Below are positions 39,795 through 57,033 of a stretch of DNA of 64,000 nt, one piece after another. Source of the DNA: Ancylonema sp. (taxonomy: Eukaryota); assembly GCA_050230475.1 (NCBI GenBank), contig JBFLGF010000121.1:1-64000 (forward strand), in the 5' to 3' direction. Position numbers and translations under genes: made by a program. Each line of letters opens with the position of its first letter. Position 1 is the stretch's first letter. Below the pieces are notes generated by a model, which saw only the letters and a list, made by a program, of their open reading frames with translations, had not been told where the DNA came from and searched no databases.

Positions 39795-41136
39795 CCGTAC
39801 TGGCCATAATGACCCGCATCTAATCATTGAAAGGGTGGGTCGCGTCAAATCAAATAATTCATTTTCAGGGGTTGGGTCACGCCATAAATACCGAAATTCG
39901 GCGTAGTGGGTCAACATCGTAAAATCGATTTTATTCGTTTTTGGGCTCAGACTACATATTAGTTTGGATCCCGATCACCAATCGTGCTCCCGTAGCGGCG
40001 TAATCCATCGTCATTGGTTTCCTATTCACAAATTTAGAGGGGGGAAATGGACATGTTGGGGAACAATTAAGATGCATATTTTTCTTACATTTTTGCACCA
40101 TGCACAAGCCAACATGATAAACAACATAGAGTTTCCAGATTTTTAAAACCACGATACACCCTTCAAAATTCCGAAAAGTAAGGAAAAATGGAAAACCCGA
40201 AAGTTAAAAAAAAAAGTGGATATCTCCACGCACTCACTTACTAGTCACTACTCACTACACACTACTAATACTCTATCACTAATAACTCTTCACTACTCTT
40301 CCCCTTCATGAGTCGGTGTTCAGGCGTGAGAGTCAGGTGCAGTCTGCAAAGCCGCAATCTAGAGCCGACAATGCACCCAACCGGGATAAGGCTTTTGAAC
40401 GAAAGTGAACGGATGAACGGCATATAAGAATGAGATGAAGGAAAGTGAACGGGTTATAGAGTGTCAAGTGAATGGATGAACGGCGAATGAAATTGAGGTA
40501 AAGGAAAGTGAACGAGTTTTTTACTGTAAAGCGAACGGATGAACGGCGAATGGAATTGAGGAAAGTGAACGGATTTTTAGGTATAAAGTGAACGGATGAA
40601 CGGCGAATGAATTAAAGGTAAAGGAAAGTGAACGAGTTTTTTAGTGTAAAGTAAACTGATGAACGGGAAATGAATTTGAGGTAAAGGAAAGTTAACGGAT
40701 TTTAGAGTGTAAAGTGAACGGATGAACGGCGAAAGAAATTGAGGTAAAGGAAAGTGAACGAGTTTTTAGTGTAAAGTGAACGGATAAACGGCGAATAATT
40801 TTGAGATAAAGGAAAGTGAACGGATTTTTTAGTGGAAAGTGAACGGTAGAGTGAAAAAAAAACCTCGGGAATATCAGAAAAAAATAGATGGCCGAAAGAT
40901 ACACCCCCAAGGTTTACAATGCCATAATTAGTACGGTACTCGTGCGGTTCAAACTGCGTGTTGTTCAAAGGAGGGTCATTTTGCTTGCCAAGTCACGGTA
41001 TAATAAATATATTTTACCCGGGTCATAATTGTGGGTCACGTGATAATAAATATATTTTGCCCGGGTCAAGTTGGTGGGTCAAGACAAAAATTAATTGTTA
41101 TTTTTTTACCCGGGTCATTATGTATGGCCACTACGG
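39795..41136 (+). mobile_element. Tc2/pogo-like non-autonomous element with minisatellite (copy C, complete, 1342 bp)
   Basis: TA|CCGTACTGGCCATAATGACCCG ... CGGGTCATTATGTATGGCCACTACGG|TA. It is colinear with copy B and has about 8 minisatellite units at ~40400-40850. Confidence 0.9.
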
Positions 41137-41489
41137 TAAGACAAAAAACAAAAAAACCTGCACTTGTACATACTTCAACCTACGAAAAATAGAAAGAAAA
41201 TGAATTAGATTTTGAGTATAAAATATGAATCTTGATTGAAACGTTTCCGAACAAGGTGGTCCGGGACCTTACAAAAACACATGTGCACAAGTGACATGCC
41301 ACAAGGAGGTAGCAAGTTTACCACTATTTACCCCGGTTACTTATTTGGTCATGGCCTTTTTCATTTTTTTATGTGGATGCCCGGGTCCGGCACAAGTCCA
41401 CCAAATTGTTGGATGGTCCAGGGCCAACTATCGTTGTAGTCACCTTGCAATGATGATATTGGAAATTTTCGGGTCAGTATGCCGTGGGT

Positions 41490-41725
41490 GGTTATCACAG
41501 ATGTGTCCCGGACGCGTCCGGGACGCGTCCGGAGATCCCCGGACGGTCCGGGACGCAATTAAGATGCGAAAAAAAAAAAAAGGTCTTCATTTTGAAGTTA
41601 CACAAATCTGGGGTTTCCAAAGATATGGATATCAAATTCTGGTTGTGGCGTCCGGGCCCGGGACGCAACCGGGACGCGTCCCGGACCCGTCAGGAGATGT
41701 CCGGTAGGTACGGGACGCAACTATG
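41490..41725. mobile_element. Right end of a CATAG-ended TIR element (GGACGC-rich)
   Basis: Ends GGGACGCAACTATG, has repeated GGGACGCGTCC subterminal motifs, and has a homologue at 7292-7447. The left end was not located. Confidence 0.55.
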
Positions 41726-42690
41726 TGTAAGAACTTTCTTCTGCCATCTTTGCAAGAATAAAGTTCAACTCTTAATCAACTCATGAATCAATCGATCACG
41801 ACATTACAAGCATTAACACAACAAAAGTGCAGGCTTGAGATAGAAAGTCTGATTACAGGATCTTTCGTGCAAGTCCACCCTTAGTACAGATGAGTGTGAT
41901 CGAAAAAACATCTAAGTCAACATATCGAAACTAACTGAGTCAACACCAATCACAACTAAGCATTATGCCACATGGACTAAAACTTATCGACACTTATGCT
42001 GACTGGCCAGAACTTGTCGACACAAATTACTTACAAGTTCGGCCGGCATTTGCTGAATAACGACAAAACTCAAACTACAGCGAACGGATAGGATAAATCG
42101 ATATAACAACAACAGTTCACAGCCCCTAAAAACTAACACTATGGTGGTTATGTTATATTGTGAGGGTTTTTGAGTAGGGTCGAAAAGCGGCTAACGTTTT
42201 GGTGATTACAGCAATGGTATGATAGTCGTATTGTGCAATAATCACTATGACTAGATAAATATTCAATATTGTAAAAGTAAAAACCCAAAAAAGTAAGTAA
42301 GTTGGATATGCAAATTCCAAGTCCACGGAATCTAGAAGCAAGTTTGCCTCTTTAGTAACCCTGCCGCCCATAATGGACATGATTTTCATGCACATCCGTC
42401 GAACAACACCTTCCTTTGTGACCAATAAATTAAATATAACTTGCACACTACATAATATAAAGAAGAACAAGTAGCCAAATACCTATCAAATGTGACCAAT
42501 TTTGATTCCGTGGACGTAGTTATTTGTCTACGTTCCACTCTTGGATTTTGCGGTGCTCCTTGCAACTTTCTTTCTCAAGGAGAGCAAAGTATCGGGGGAA
42601 CTAAACACATATGTTTCGTCCATTGAGCGGTCTACATGTACCATTGAATGCACAATGGGTTAATACTCTAGGCTACGTGCCTTGGCATTA

Positions 42691-42870
42691 CCCTACCGGC
42701 CAGACTTAATGACCCGGGTTTTAAAAACACAATCAATCACCCTAGTTGACCAACCCGCGCGCCCGATATAAAATATCCAAAATTCCCGAATTCAAGTTCA
42801 TATATATGACGCACATATAGAATTACCCACCCTTTCACCAACATATTTTATTATGGACCCCCCATCGCGA
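42691..42870 (-). mobile_element. Degenerate copy of the short Tc2-like MITE at 63418-63652
   Basis: TA|CCCTACCGGCCAGACTTAATGACCCGGGTTTTA..TTGACCAACCCGCGCGCCC matches the reverse complement of the right end of 63418-63652. Confidence 0.6.
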
Positions 42871-43954
42871 AGCTTTTTGTAAGAGTACATTTGGGACATT
42901 CACAACCCGTGTTGAGTTAGGTTTGCCCGTTTTTGGTACTTACGATTTCGAATGAACATAGCATGTCCCATCATACACATGACTTAGAACCCATATGGAC
43001 ATTTTGTTTAGTTTTTGTAGCTTGTTGGCCCCAATATTCGTTTCTGGCAAACCAGTAACCGGCACCAATGGGAGACCAATGCCGGACCAGAAGGTCCTCG
43101 ACCCAACTATGACCACACTTTTTATTCCTCTGTAAGATTTTCATTAGGATTATATTCCACGCGATCATGTGTACCTTTTTGGAATAACAAGTAAAACTCC
43201 TGAAGCTTACTAGGTGCTTCTCTCCGTGCATTTATTTAAGGGTGTGCGAGCGGGACCAAAAACATGCGAGCGTGCATTTTCACACACTGATGAAGTACGC
43301 GTATGCCAAACAAAAAAAAATCCGAGGTTTAGACACTTATCCCAACAACAACAAAAGTGACTTCACGCTTTACGTTATTTCGGTTCTTCCGATTCAATCA
43401 CCCAATACTCCTGAAGTCGCGATAGAATTGAACTCCGATGTCTGAAACTTCGTTAGATACATTTCGTAGTAAGAAAAAAAATCAGTTAGACAAGTTATCA
43501 ATTTTACACGTCAGATCTAGGGGTTAACCAGACAACTGGGGGAATACGATCCTCACAGGATATTAATTAACGAAGTATTAGCGTAGACAGGTTTGACAAT
43601 GGGTTTGGCGTTCGTGCACCTGCAAATATCTGCAAATATCTAACGTGCCTTGGACCTTTCCGTACCTCGAGTACCTTCGCAAGGAACAATTGACGTTTCA
43701 CGTGGCCATCCCACTGCGGACCACGTTACTGTCATGTCTAACCTACAGTCTGCCTTGAAGTGCTAGCTCCTCCGGCAGACTACCTTACGGCTGACTCACT
43801 GCCACGGTAGGAAGGAAGCAAAGGAAGTAGAATTCTACCTACTATCTCAGAGACAGCAAGTATTGCGTAGAGGGAGCTAAAGTGATATCTACTTCGAAAA
43901 GGGAGGAGGAGAAATCTGGACAAGTGGGCTCAGCGTGCTGCAGAATTCAGCACT

Positions 43955-48510
<4,556 letters not shown>

Positions 48511-49378
48511 CTGGTGAATATAGTTTTTGGGAATTGTTGCTGCTAAGTGGTTAGGTGGAGGTTGGAAATGTGTGGATTGAGGCATATTGTTGCGAATGCC
48601 TAGCACAAGAGGGGGATGTTGAGCACGATAAACAATGATCTTGGAGGATATTTGTAGTTTGACAACATTTGCAATAAAGAGTTCCTATGTGCAGTTTGTA
48701 GTGCACTGTGGTTGGGTGAGTGACGTCACGGGTGATTATTACCTGAGTTTGCCTACTTGAACGTGTGACAAGCTTGTGGGCATCTTTTATTCTTGTTACG
48801 TTTTTTTTTTAACACTCTATGTGTAGTCTGTCAATGTAGTAATAGATTGTGTGAATACTGGGCAATTTGCCATCTCCTAAAAATTGTTCAAGCTTTGTTA
48901 ACCATGGGGAGGGTAGAAGCTGTTAGAATATTTTGGATAGCCATATGATATGCTTGCTAGTCCAGTTGTAACCGGTTACTCTAACCGGGAGCAATATTCT
49001 AGATGTGCCTGTATGCGGGGCCCCCCAAGTTTGTGCCCGGGCACCTGACATGTTTCCGACGCTTAGAGACGTTATTTGTTTGAAGCGTCGTGATTGGCTT
49101 GGTTAGTCGTGTCAGAAATGTCCATGTGCCGTTGACATGTAGAAGAGCTGTCAGTCAATGATAGGCCGACACGGTCAATTGTGCCGACCGTCGGCAACAA
49201 CAATCTGTAAAGCGCATCGGGTATTACCATCCCCGATGCAATCACAACAATAACGGTCCACACACGCAACTGTTTCTCTCGTTGATCATCATCAGTGATA
49301 GAGATCCTTTTGCGTACGGTGCGTTTTGTCGCCCACCTAATTATTCCGGCACGTCTAATCACTCATCAAAAGCTTATA

Positions 49379-49392
49379 GGTTATGGCCCCAC
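49379..49392 (+). other. Primer-binding site complementary to the anticodon-arm region of initiator tRNA-Met (half-tRNA priming)
   Basis: GGTTATGGCCCCAC lies directly after the 5' LTR. The relative at 11221-11234 has GGTTATGGGCCCAC, the copia/Ty5/Osser-type PBS. Confidence 0.85.
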
Positions 49393-49635
49393 GTGCGGTC
49401 TAGTTCAGACGCCGTGTTGGTTAAAAACTAAAAGCTCCACGCGATTTTGCTGCGGTAATCTCTGTGAACGGTATATTCTGCCTGTGAGTGCAAATATATT
49501 CGTAGTTGTTAAGTGCTGCACGTAATTTTGACAGTGCGTTACAAGTTTTCGAGCTGAGTGCTGCAGTGCAGGAATTGCACTGAGAACTCGAGCTGAGCGA
49601 GAATTTTTGTGAAATCCTAAACAATAGCTCCCACA

Positions 49636-52600
49636 ATGTCGGATAGGTCGCAAATCCCTCAGTTTACTGGAGCTCATTATACAGGATGGGCCTTCAAGGT
49701 CAAGTATGGGCTGGCGGACAAGAAACTGCATCGTTTGGTGATGGATTGGGACAGCTTGCCGAGTCGCCCAGACGTTATCCTTCCATTGACAATTGACAAC
49801 GAGCTGCAATTTGCCGCCAGGGGGATCGACGTTGATGTCGAAATATTGGTCAGGCAGCAGCAGATTTCCCAGCAGCTGCTGGAGCTGGAGAAATGGGAGG
49901 AAGAAAATCTGGCTGCTATGTCATACATTGTGAAGCACTTAGGTCCTTCGGAGCTGACGCACATCACAGACTGCACGACAGCTGCCGGAATGTGGGATGC
50001 CCTGAGGACATTCTATCAGGTGCAGGGTGCGATCGAGATCGCAAATACGGAAGCACTGCTGAGCGCGTCAATACAGACAGAGGCGGAGGACCTCAACGTA
50101 TACGTCAAGCGTCTTCAGCAGCTGCACCAGGATCTGAAGAATCTGGGGGCGCCAGTATCTCCGACGAAGCAGGCGATCAACCTGCTGAATTCTTTAAACA
50201 CGCATTACAGCCCAATGGTCTCGACGCTTATGCCATGGTCTGAATCGTCTCCACACCTATTCACTATTCCCCACATCGTGAGTGCGCTGCTGCGCGACGA
50301 CGTCAGGAAGGAGCTGAATGAGCGTAAAAGGGGGGCGCTGCCAGGAGGTCACCAAGCGCATTATGGTGGACGGGGGGGGGAACGGAGCTGGAGGCAGCAG
50401 CAGATCTGGTGGTGCGACTGGAGCTGGTCGCAGAGACGCTGCAGGCGTCGAATGCTTCGGCTGCCACAAATTCGGCCACATCAGAGCGACATGCCCTTCA
50501 CCAGCTCTTGGCGGAGGCCATGCCGGAGCCTGGAAATGTCACAGGTGCCACCAGGCAGGCCACCGAGCTGCTCAGTGCCCTGCGACATCTCGCCAGCAGC
50601 TGGAAATGTTGCGCACACTACTCAGGGAAAGTTCAGGGGGGAGACAAGAGGTGCAGATATTTGCAACAATGTAGGGCATACTATTGAACAATGTAGAAAA
50701 CGCACATCTGACATGGCTCTAATGAACCCACAAGCTGCTCGAAGGGCTGATGCACAAGCTAGACTTGCTCGCTTTGCTGACAAACCTTTCGACGCTAATG
50801 TGGATTATTTAGCTTTCGGTGCTTTCTCGTTCGATGTTGCTCGGGCATTGTCTGCTGGTTCTCACACAGACTCCTTGATCCTGAATTCAAGTGCTACCGA
50901 CCACATGAACACTTTGAATGAACATTTTGTGGAGTACACACCTACCCTGAGCACGCAGAAGGCCTACATCACCACTGCTGACGGCTCGTCACACAAGGTG
51001 GACGGCACTGGTTTCGTGCACATCCGAGTGAGGAATGGCGACGCCTTTTTTGTGCAGCCACTCAGCTCGATCCACGTCCCTACGTTTGCCTGCACCCTCG
51101 TGTCGACATCGTGCCTCGTCCTCGTCAAAAGAGGTGGGCTGAGCTTTCTACAGCTGCCCACGGGTCCAGAATTAAACAAGGGAACTGTGAAATGGGCTGA
51201 TGTGCTGCAGCAGCCTAGGGGTCTGACGTTGCTTGCTGCCACCATCGTCATGCCTAGATCTCATGATACGAGAGCAAATTTGTCCACAGGCATGGTCTGG
51301 CATCACAAACTGGGTCACCCCATGTGATGTCAGATTTCTGTCAGACGTGGTGACACATATCCCAGATTGAGTTAAGTCAAGAAGAATTAACTGAAGTCAG
51401 GGGATGTCAGGTTTGTTGTCAGGGGAAGATGATTCAGCTCAGTCATGCTAAGGCCAGTGACGATCTGGGGACATGCCCCAAGATGGGTCGCATTCACCTG
51501 GATCTCATTGGACCATTGTCTGTCACAGGTCTGCGAATGGAGGTTTCACGTATGCTCAGACAGGGATTGAGGTATCCACACGTCTGTCATTTCAGTTTGC
51601 TAAAAACAAAGGATGAAGCAGTGAACCGAGCAAAGGTCACTATACAGTTGCTCGAGGTCCAGTCAGGGTTGCCCCTACAGTCTATACGGACAGACAAGGG
51701 GGGGGAGTATATGTCTCAGGACTGGATAAACTATTGTGGGGGGAAGGGTATTGACAAGCAAACCACAGAAGCATATAGTCCTGAACAAAACGGACTCTGT
51801 GAAAGACTGAATAGAACATTGATAGAAAAAATGCGATGCATATTAATTTGGTGAGGTCTACCGAAGTCGTATTGGGATGTGGCATTGTTACATGCAAATT
51901 TTGCAAACTGGCTAAGGAACAGAACTCCCACTAAGTCGCTTTCTGGCAGAATTCCAATTGAGGTCTGGGAGGGAAAGAAAATGACAGTTAATAAAAGTCA
52001 GAATTTCGGGTGTCTGGTTCAATATTTGAAGGTTGGGGGGGGAACGAACAGGCAAGGGGACAAGTTTGCCCCTCGCACTTGCTTTGGTGTGTTTCTGGGG
52101 ATGGCTGCGGGGAGTGCAACGTTTTCGACCCCCATAGAGTGGGGGTGATATCACGCATGGACGTGCGGTTCTTCGAGGAGGTGCCGGGGTACCCGAAGCT
52201 CATGGGGGGGAGAGCTCAGGTTCAGGCGGCAACAGAAAAACACTTTTTCTATCTGTTCCCCGACACCGAAGATGAGCAGCACCCAGCAGCAGTTGTGCCA
52301 GCAGCAGCAGTCCACCCCAACATGCCAGCAGCAGCAGTCCACCCAATCATGCCAGCAGTTTTGCAGCTGATGCCAGCAGTTTTGCAGCCAATCCCAGCAC
52401 CAGCAGAACCAGCAGTTCCTGGCCAGCAGCTGCCATCGACTATCCGCACGACAACTTCCAGCCACAAGCTTGCTGAGGTCCCTAACCCCACGATTGTGCT
52501 GTCTGACAGCCAATCAGGGATCAACAACGCAGGAGGTCGAGATGCAGGGGAGGAGGAGGTGCAAGGAGGGGGGTGCGAACCCAGGGAGTGGGGGAGCCGC

Positions 52601-54365
52601 AGCGTAGCTGATCGGGTGATGGCCAGAAGGCGAGCCAACTTTGCCGAGTATGGGGATCTCATGTGATGGATGTGATGGGGAGGAGTTCGATGACGCACGC
52701 CAACTACTCAGCGACTGAGTGGGAGCCCAGCAGTTTCTACACTGGCTTCCGGGCTTCAACGGTCCTGTGGATCCGGGCTACGCATGCGTAGCATCTAACA
52801 GCAAACTCCTCCGAGCCACTCACCCTCAACCATGCGATGATGAGGCCCGACTGGGACCAGTGGGACAGGGCCATGTGGAAGAGCTCGCTGCCCTGGAGAC
52901 GTTCAACTCCTTTGAGGTGTGTGTGCTTCCTCCAGGTAAAAAGGCTGTGGGGTGCAGATATGTTTTTAAGGTCAACACAACACCACAGGGGGATATTGAA
53001 AGATATAAAGTCAGACTGGTCGCACAGGGATTCTTACAGCAAGAGGGTATTGACTATAACGAAGAGTATTTGCACCAGTAATCGACAGTACATCTATCAC
53101 CTTACCTCTCTATAGCCAACCAATATGACTGGGAACTAGAACAGATGGACGTAATCACAGCGTTCCTGTATGGACGTCTGGAAGAAGAAGTTTATATGAA
53201 AATACCACCACGTATGTATATCAATGGGGGTGCTGAGGGAAAGGTCTTACGACTTAAGGGGGCTTTATACGGTCTAAAACAAGTAGCCACGTGTGGCAAG
53301 AGATGTTCGTTCAGAAAATTTATGATATCTGAAGGGTTTATACAATGCGTAATGGACACATGTATATATATGAGGGGGGAAGCAGACAGCAGAATCATAC
53401 TGGGAATACATGAAGACGATCAGGTGATCACAGGTCCTAACGCAATGGTCGTCAAAACTTTTAAAGAAGATATGGGTAAAAAGTTCAAAGTCAAGGATCT
53501 GGGTCCCCTAACACCCATATCCTGGGGGTGGAAGTGAAGAGAGGGATAGACAGAGAAGACTGCTCACACTAGGACAGTCAGGTTTCATAAAGGGAGTGCT
53601 CGAACGTTATGGGATGCATGAGTGTAATCCAACCAAACTCCCTCTAGCCCCTGGAACTCAGTTTACACAGAATGATGAACCAACTCTTCCCCCTAAATAA
53701 CAGACTTTCGAGGGGAAGTGGGATCTCTCATATTGGGATCTCTCATATATGCCATGAAACAAACCAGACTGGACATCGGGTATGCACTTGGGGTACTGGC
53801 AAAGCACATGGGAAATCCTGGGGTCGCACACATTAGGGCGTTACATCAACTATTCAAATACCTTAAAGGGACTGTGAACCACGGACTGACGTTTGTGGGA
53901 AAAGACAGCTTTGAAGATGCATCATGGAACAGTTGCAGCATGACAGGAAAGTCAGTCACAGGATGGGTAACCACGGTTGGGGGGACAGCACTGAGTTGGA
54001 AGTCGCAGAAGCAGTCCACTGTTGCATAGAGCACTGCCGAGGCTGAATATATCGGTGCCTGTAGTGTATCTAAAGAGTGCTGTTATCTAAAATCTCTCTT
54101 GAAAGAACTCAAGTTCCCAAACCAAATCACAATCCACACTGACTCAACCTCAGCTCTCTCCATGATCCAGAATCCTGTGCAACGACAGAAGGCAAAACAT
54201 TTTAATGTGGTATATCACTCGGTACGGGAATGCCACAGCACGGGGAGACTAAAATATGTGTATCTTGCACGCGCCAATCAACCAGCAGATATGCTAACCA
54301 AAGCTCTTCCTCAAGTTTTACTGGACAGACACAGCAAAAGTCTAGGTTTTGGACGGTTATACTGA
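49636..54365 (+). pseudogene. Copia gag-pol polyprotein, inactivated by frameshifts and stops
   Basis: Gag CTTAAGMWDAL and zinc knuckles; protease site mutated to LILNSSATDHM; GAG-pre WHHKLGHP; integrase IHLDLIGP, IRTDKGGEY and YSPEQNGLCERLNRTL; RT YKVRLVAQGF, MDVITAFLYG, ALYGLKQ and HEDD in place of YVDD; RNase H SWKSQKQSTVA and QPADMLTK. Confidence 0.93.
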
Positions 54366-57033
54366 ACTGGGGGTGTCACTCCTTTCTTTTATTTTTATGA
54401 TCGAAGGTTTCGAATGCCATGCATGTTGGCAGGGGGTGTGTTGTTATGTTTCTTTTCAGGCAGAAGTAATGGGGAGGGTACACCAACTTCAGCTGATCCA
54501 GCTAAGTCACACTCTTACCTTAATACCTTGAAAAGACACTTGAAAACGCTTAAGGACACTTTAAAAATCAGAAAGTGTGAATCTGCTCAACTTTAAACTT
54601 GTCAGTTTGTTTTGAATTTTCGAATGTATGTCTTAATCATTGTTGCAAAACTTGTTTCAAAAGTTGGTGCTGATAAGACTGGTAATTTTGAAGTTATGCT
54701 GTTTTGAGATTTTTCTGACTGGAAAGTGTAAAGTGTCAGAATCGTGAAGTTGAAAAAGTTAAAAAATCAAAATATTTTCATGAGTTTTTTTGTTTTCGCC
54801 TAACTTGTGGTATTTGTTTGTATGTTCAGGGCTTCGGCCTGAAAAACGACTAAGGATCTGGAGCGATCGACTTCATGGAGTTCCGATCGGCTTCCGAAAC
54901 GGCTGCATTTGTCGAATCCCCTAGCACGCTTTTATGCTGGGAAGACCAAAACTGTTTTTTATATGTTATGCAATGGTTCTGCCATGATTTGGCAATGACT
55001 TGGGTACTCCTTTGGATGTCTGCATCTATGCCAACTTTAGCATGGCATCCGAGGGGGTGTGTTAGAATATGTTGGATAGCCATATGTGATGCTTGCTAGT
55101 CCAGTTGTAACCGGTTACTCTAACCGGGAGCAATTTTCTAGATGTGCCTGTATGCAGGGCCGGGCAAGTTTGTGCCCGGGCACCTGACATGTTTCCGACG
55201 CTTAGAGACGTTATTTGTTTGAAGCGTCGTGATGGCTTGTTTAGTCGTGTCAGAATTGTCCGGCATGTGCCGTTGACATGTAGAAGAGCTGTCAGTCAAT
55301 GATAGGCCAACGGTCAATTGTGCCGACCGTCGGCACACAACAATCTGTAAAGCTCATCGGGTATTACCATCCCCGATGCAATCACAATAATAATTCGTTC
55401 CACACACGCAACTCCTGTCTCGTTGATCATCAAGTGATAGAGATCCTTTTGCGTACGGTTCGTTTGTCGCCCACCTAAATTATTCCGGCACGTCTAATCA
55501 CTCAAAAGCTTATAGAAGCTACAGTTTCACATTTTGATGTGATTGTTGGCCACATACATCAAGAAATGGTGTATCCAAACGTCCATCACTACACGAATGA
55601 CAATTGCCTTACTCCTCTCCCGGTGTGAAGAATGTGGGGACTGCTTACATTCTTAAATTCGACAAAATTAACATCCGAATTCAAATGTTCCTATGTGGCC
55701 TTCTCCTTGACATCCCCGAGTACCCCCTTCAATCATCTCCTTATAACCTTGAACTGTGTAGTGTTCAATAGGGAGAGGTATATCTCAAAATTGTGCAATA
55801 TCTACAAATCTCCATGGAAGTGTTTGCTCAATATGCCTCTTCCCTATATATGACTTTAGTAAAGCTGGCTCAGTAAGAGCGTAAGCACAGATATGTGGAA
55901 GGTATCAAGAAACTTTATACGATGGCTCAGTAAGAGCGTCAGCGAAACAATACAAGTAATATCAATAAGTTGAAAATGTCCATTTTGTCAACTTACGGGT
56001 TTCGTCGACGACAGTCGAGCGAGCAATCGTAGTTACGCAACAAACAAAAACAAGAACCAGCGTCAGCCATAAGTTGTTGGAGACGGATAATACACTTGCA
56101 AAGATTTGAAAGGATTTTGTTGAAAGTTTCTTGTCGGGTCAATCTGACAGCGGAAGTTGAAATATACTTCACAAGTGATTGTCTTTATGCTACGCGATGC
56201 TAACCGGAGGACTTAACTAGAGTTAATTGACATGGTTAATCGACAGGTTGTACTCTAGAATGTCCTAATCAATCTTGACACTACAAATGTCAACGTCAAT
56301 TATTATACGGCAGGATTTTATCGCCGGGATAATCTCGACAAGTCAGAAGTAGCATTGTCGATAAGAGACTTGCGGTAAGTGCTTGATTATCGCCACAAAA
56401 TCTACATTGTACGAGTGGTGGACACTGCACCCGTAAGATACGCCCACGCTTTATTATCGAGTTTACAAAACTTTATTTAACTTTGCAAATTACAGATTCT
56501 AACTACACATGGAAATTTCTCGGTTTCTCCAATAGTTACTATTTCGAGACATTGCAATTGTAATTTCGTTACAGTGGACTAGTTGCTTATAGCAAGGTAC
56601 ATTGCTAGAGGAGTCTGGATATCAGAATAGAGGGGTTTACACTCAACGTTGTCTAGCGGCATGCCATCCTTACTTCATTTGACCCTTTTCCCTATGCGAT
56701 CTATGAATAACCTTACCAATTTGAGAACGGACATTGCAACAATTAGTTGACCCAATAAATTACAACAATTACGTATAGTAAAACGTGTCGTAATTGGTTA
56801 TGTCTTGATTGATAATGTGTCCGAACTATTACTTGTTACCGGTCCTCTCTTGATTAATAACCTGTCTCACTTATTATTTCTTACAGGTCCCGACTTTTGG
56901 CGAGAGTAATTGTTACGAAACCTCTATAACTTGATAATTAATACGTTTGTCCCGTCCCGTCGACGTGTTATTGAATAATGTACGGAATCCGTACGTATCC
57001 GTACAATCATTGTTTGCAGCCGTACCGGCCGTA

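Larger units (their letters stand above)
48921..55514 (+). mobile_element. Full-length, decayed Ty1/copia LTR retrotransposon
   Basis: LTRs at 48921-49378 and 55060-55514, roughly 90-95% identical by eye. 5-bp TSD GAAGC on both sides, PBS at 49379, polypurine tract (PPT) GAGGGGGTG before the 3' LTR, and domain order gag-PR-IN-RT-RH. Confidence 0.97.

Noticed and set aside
55866..55940. 17-bp direct repeat TGGCTCAGTAAGAGCGT (two copies, ~57 bp apart)
   Set aside because: There are only two copies and no associated structure, so a local duplication is the likely cause.
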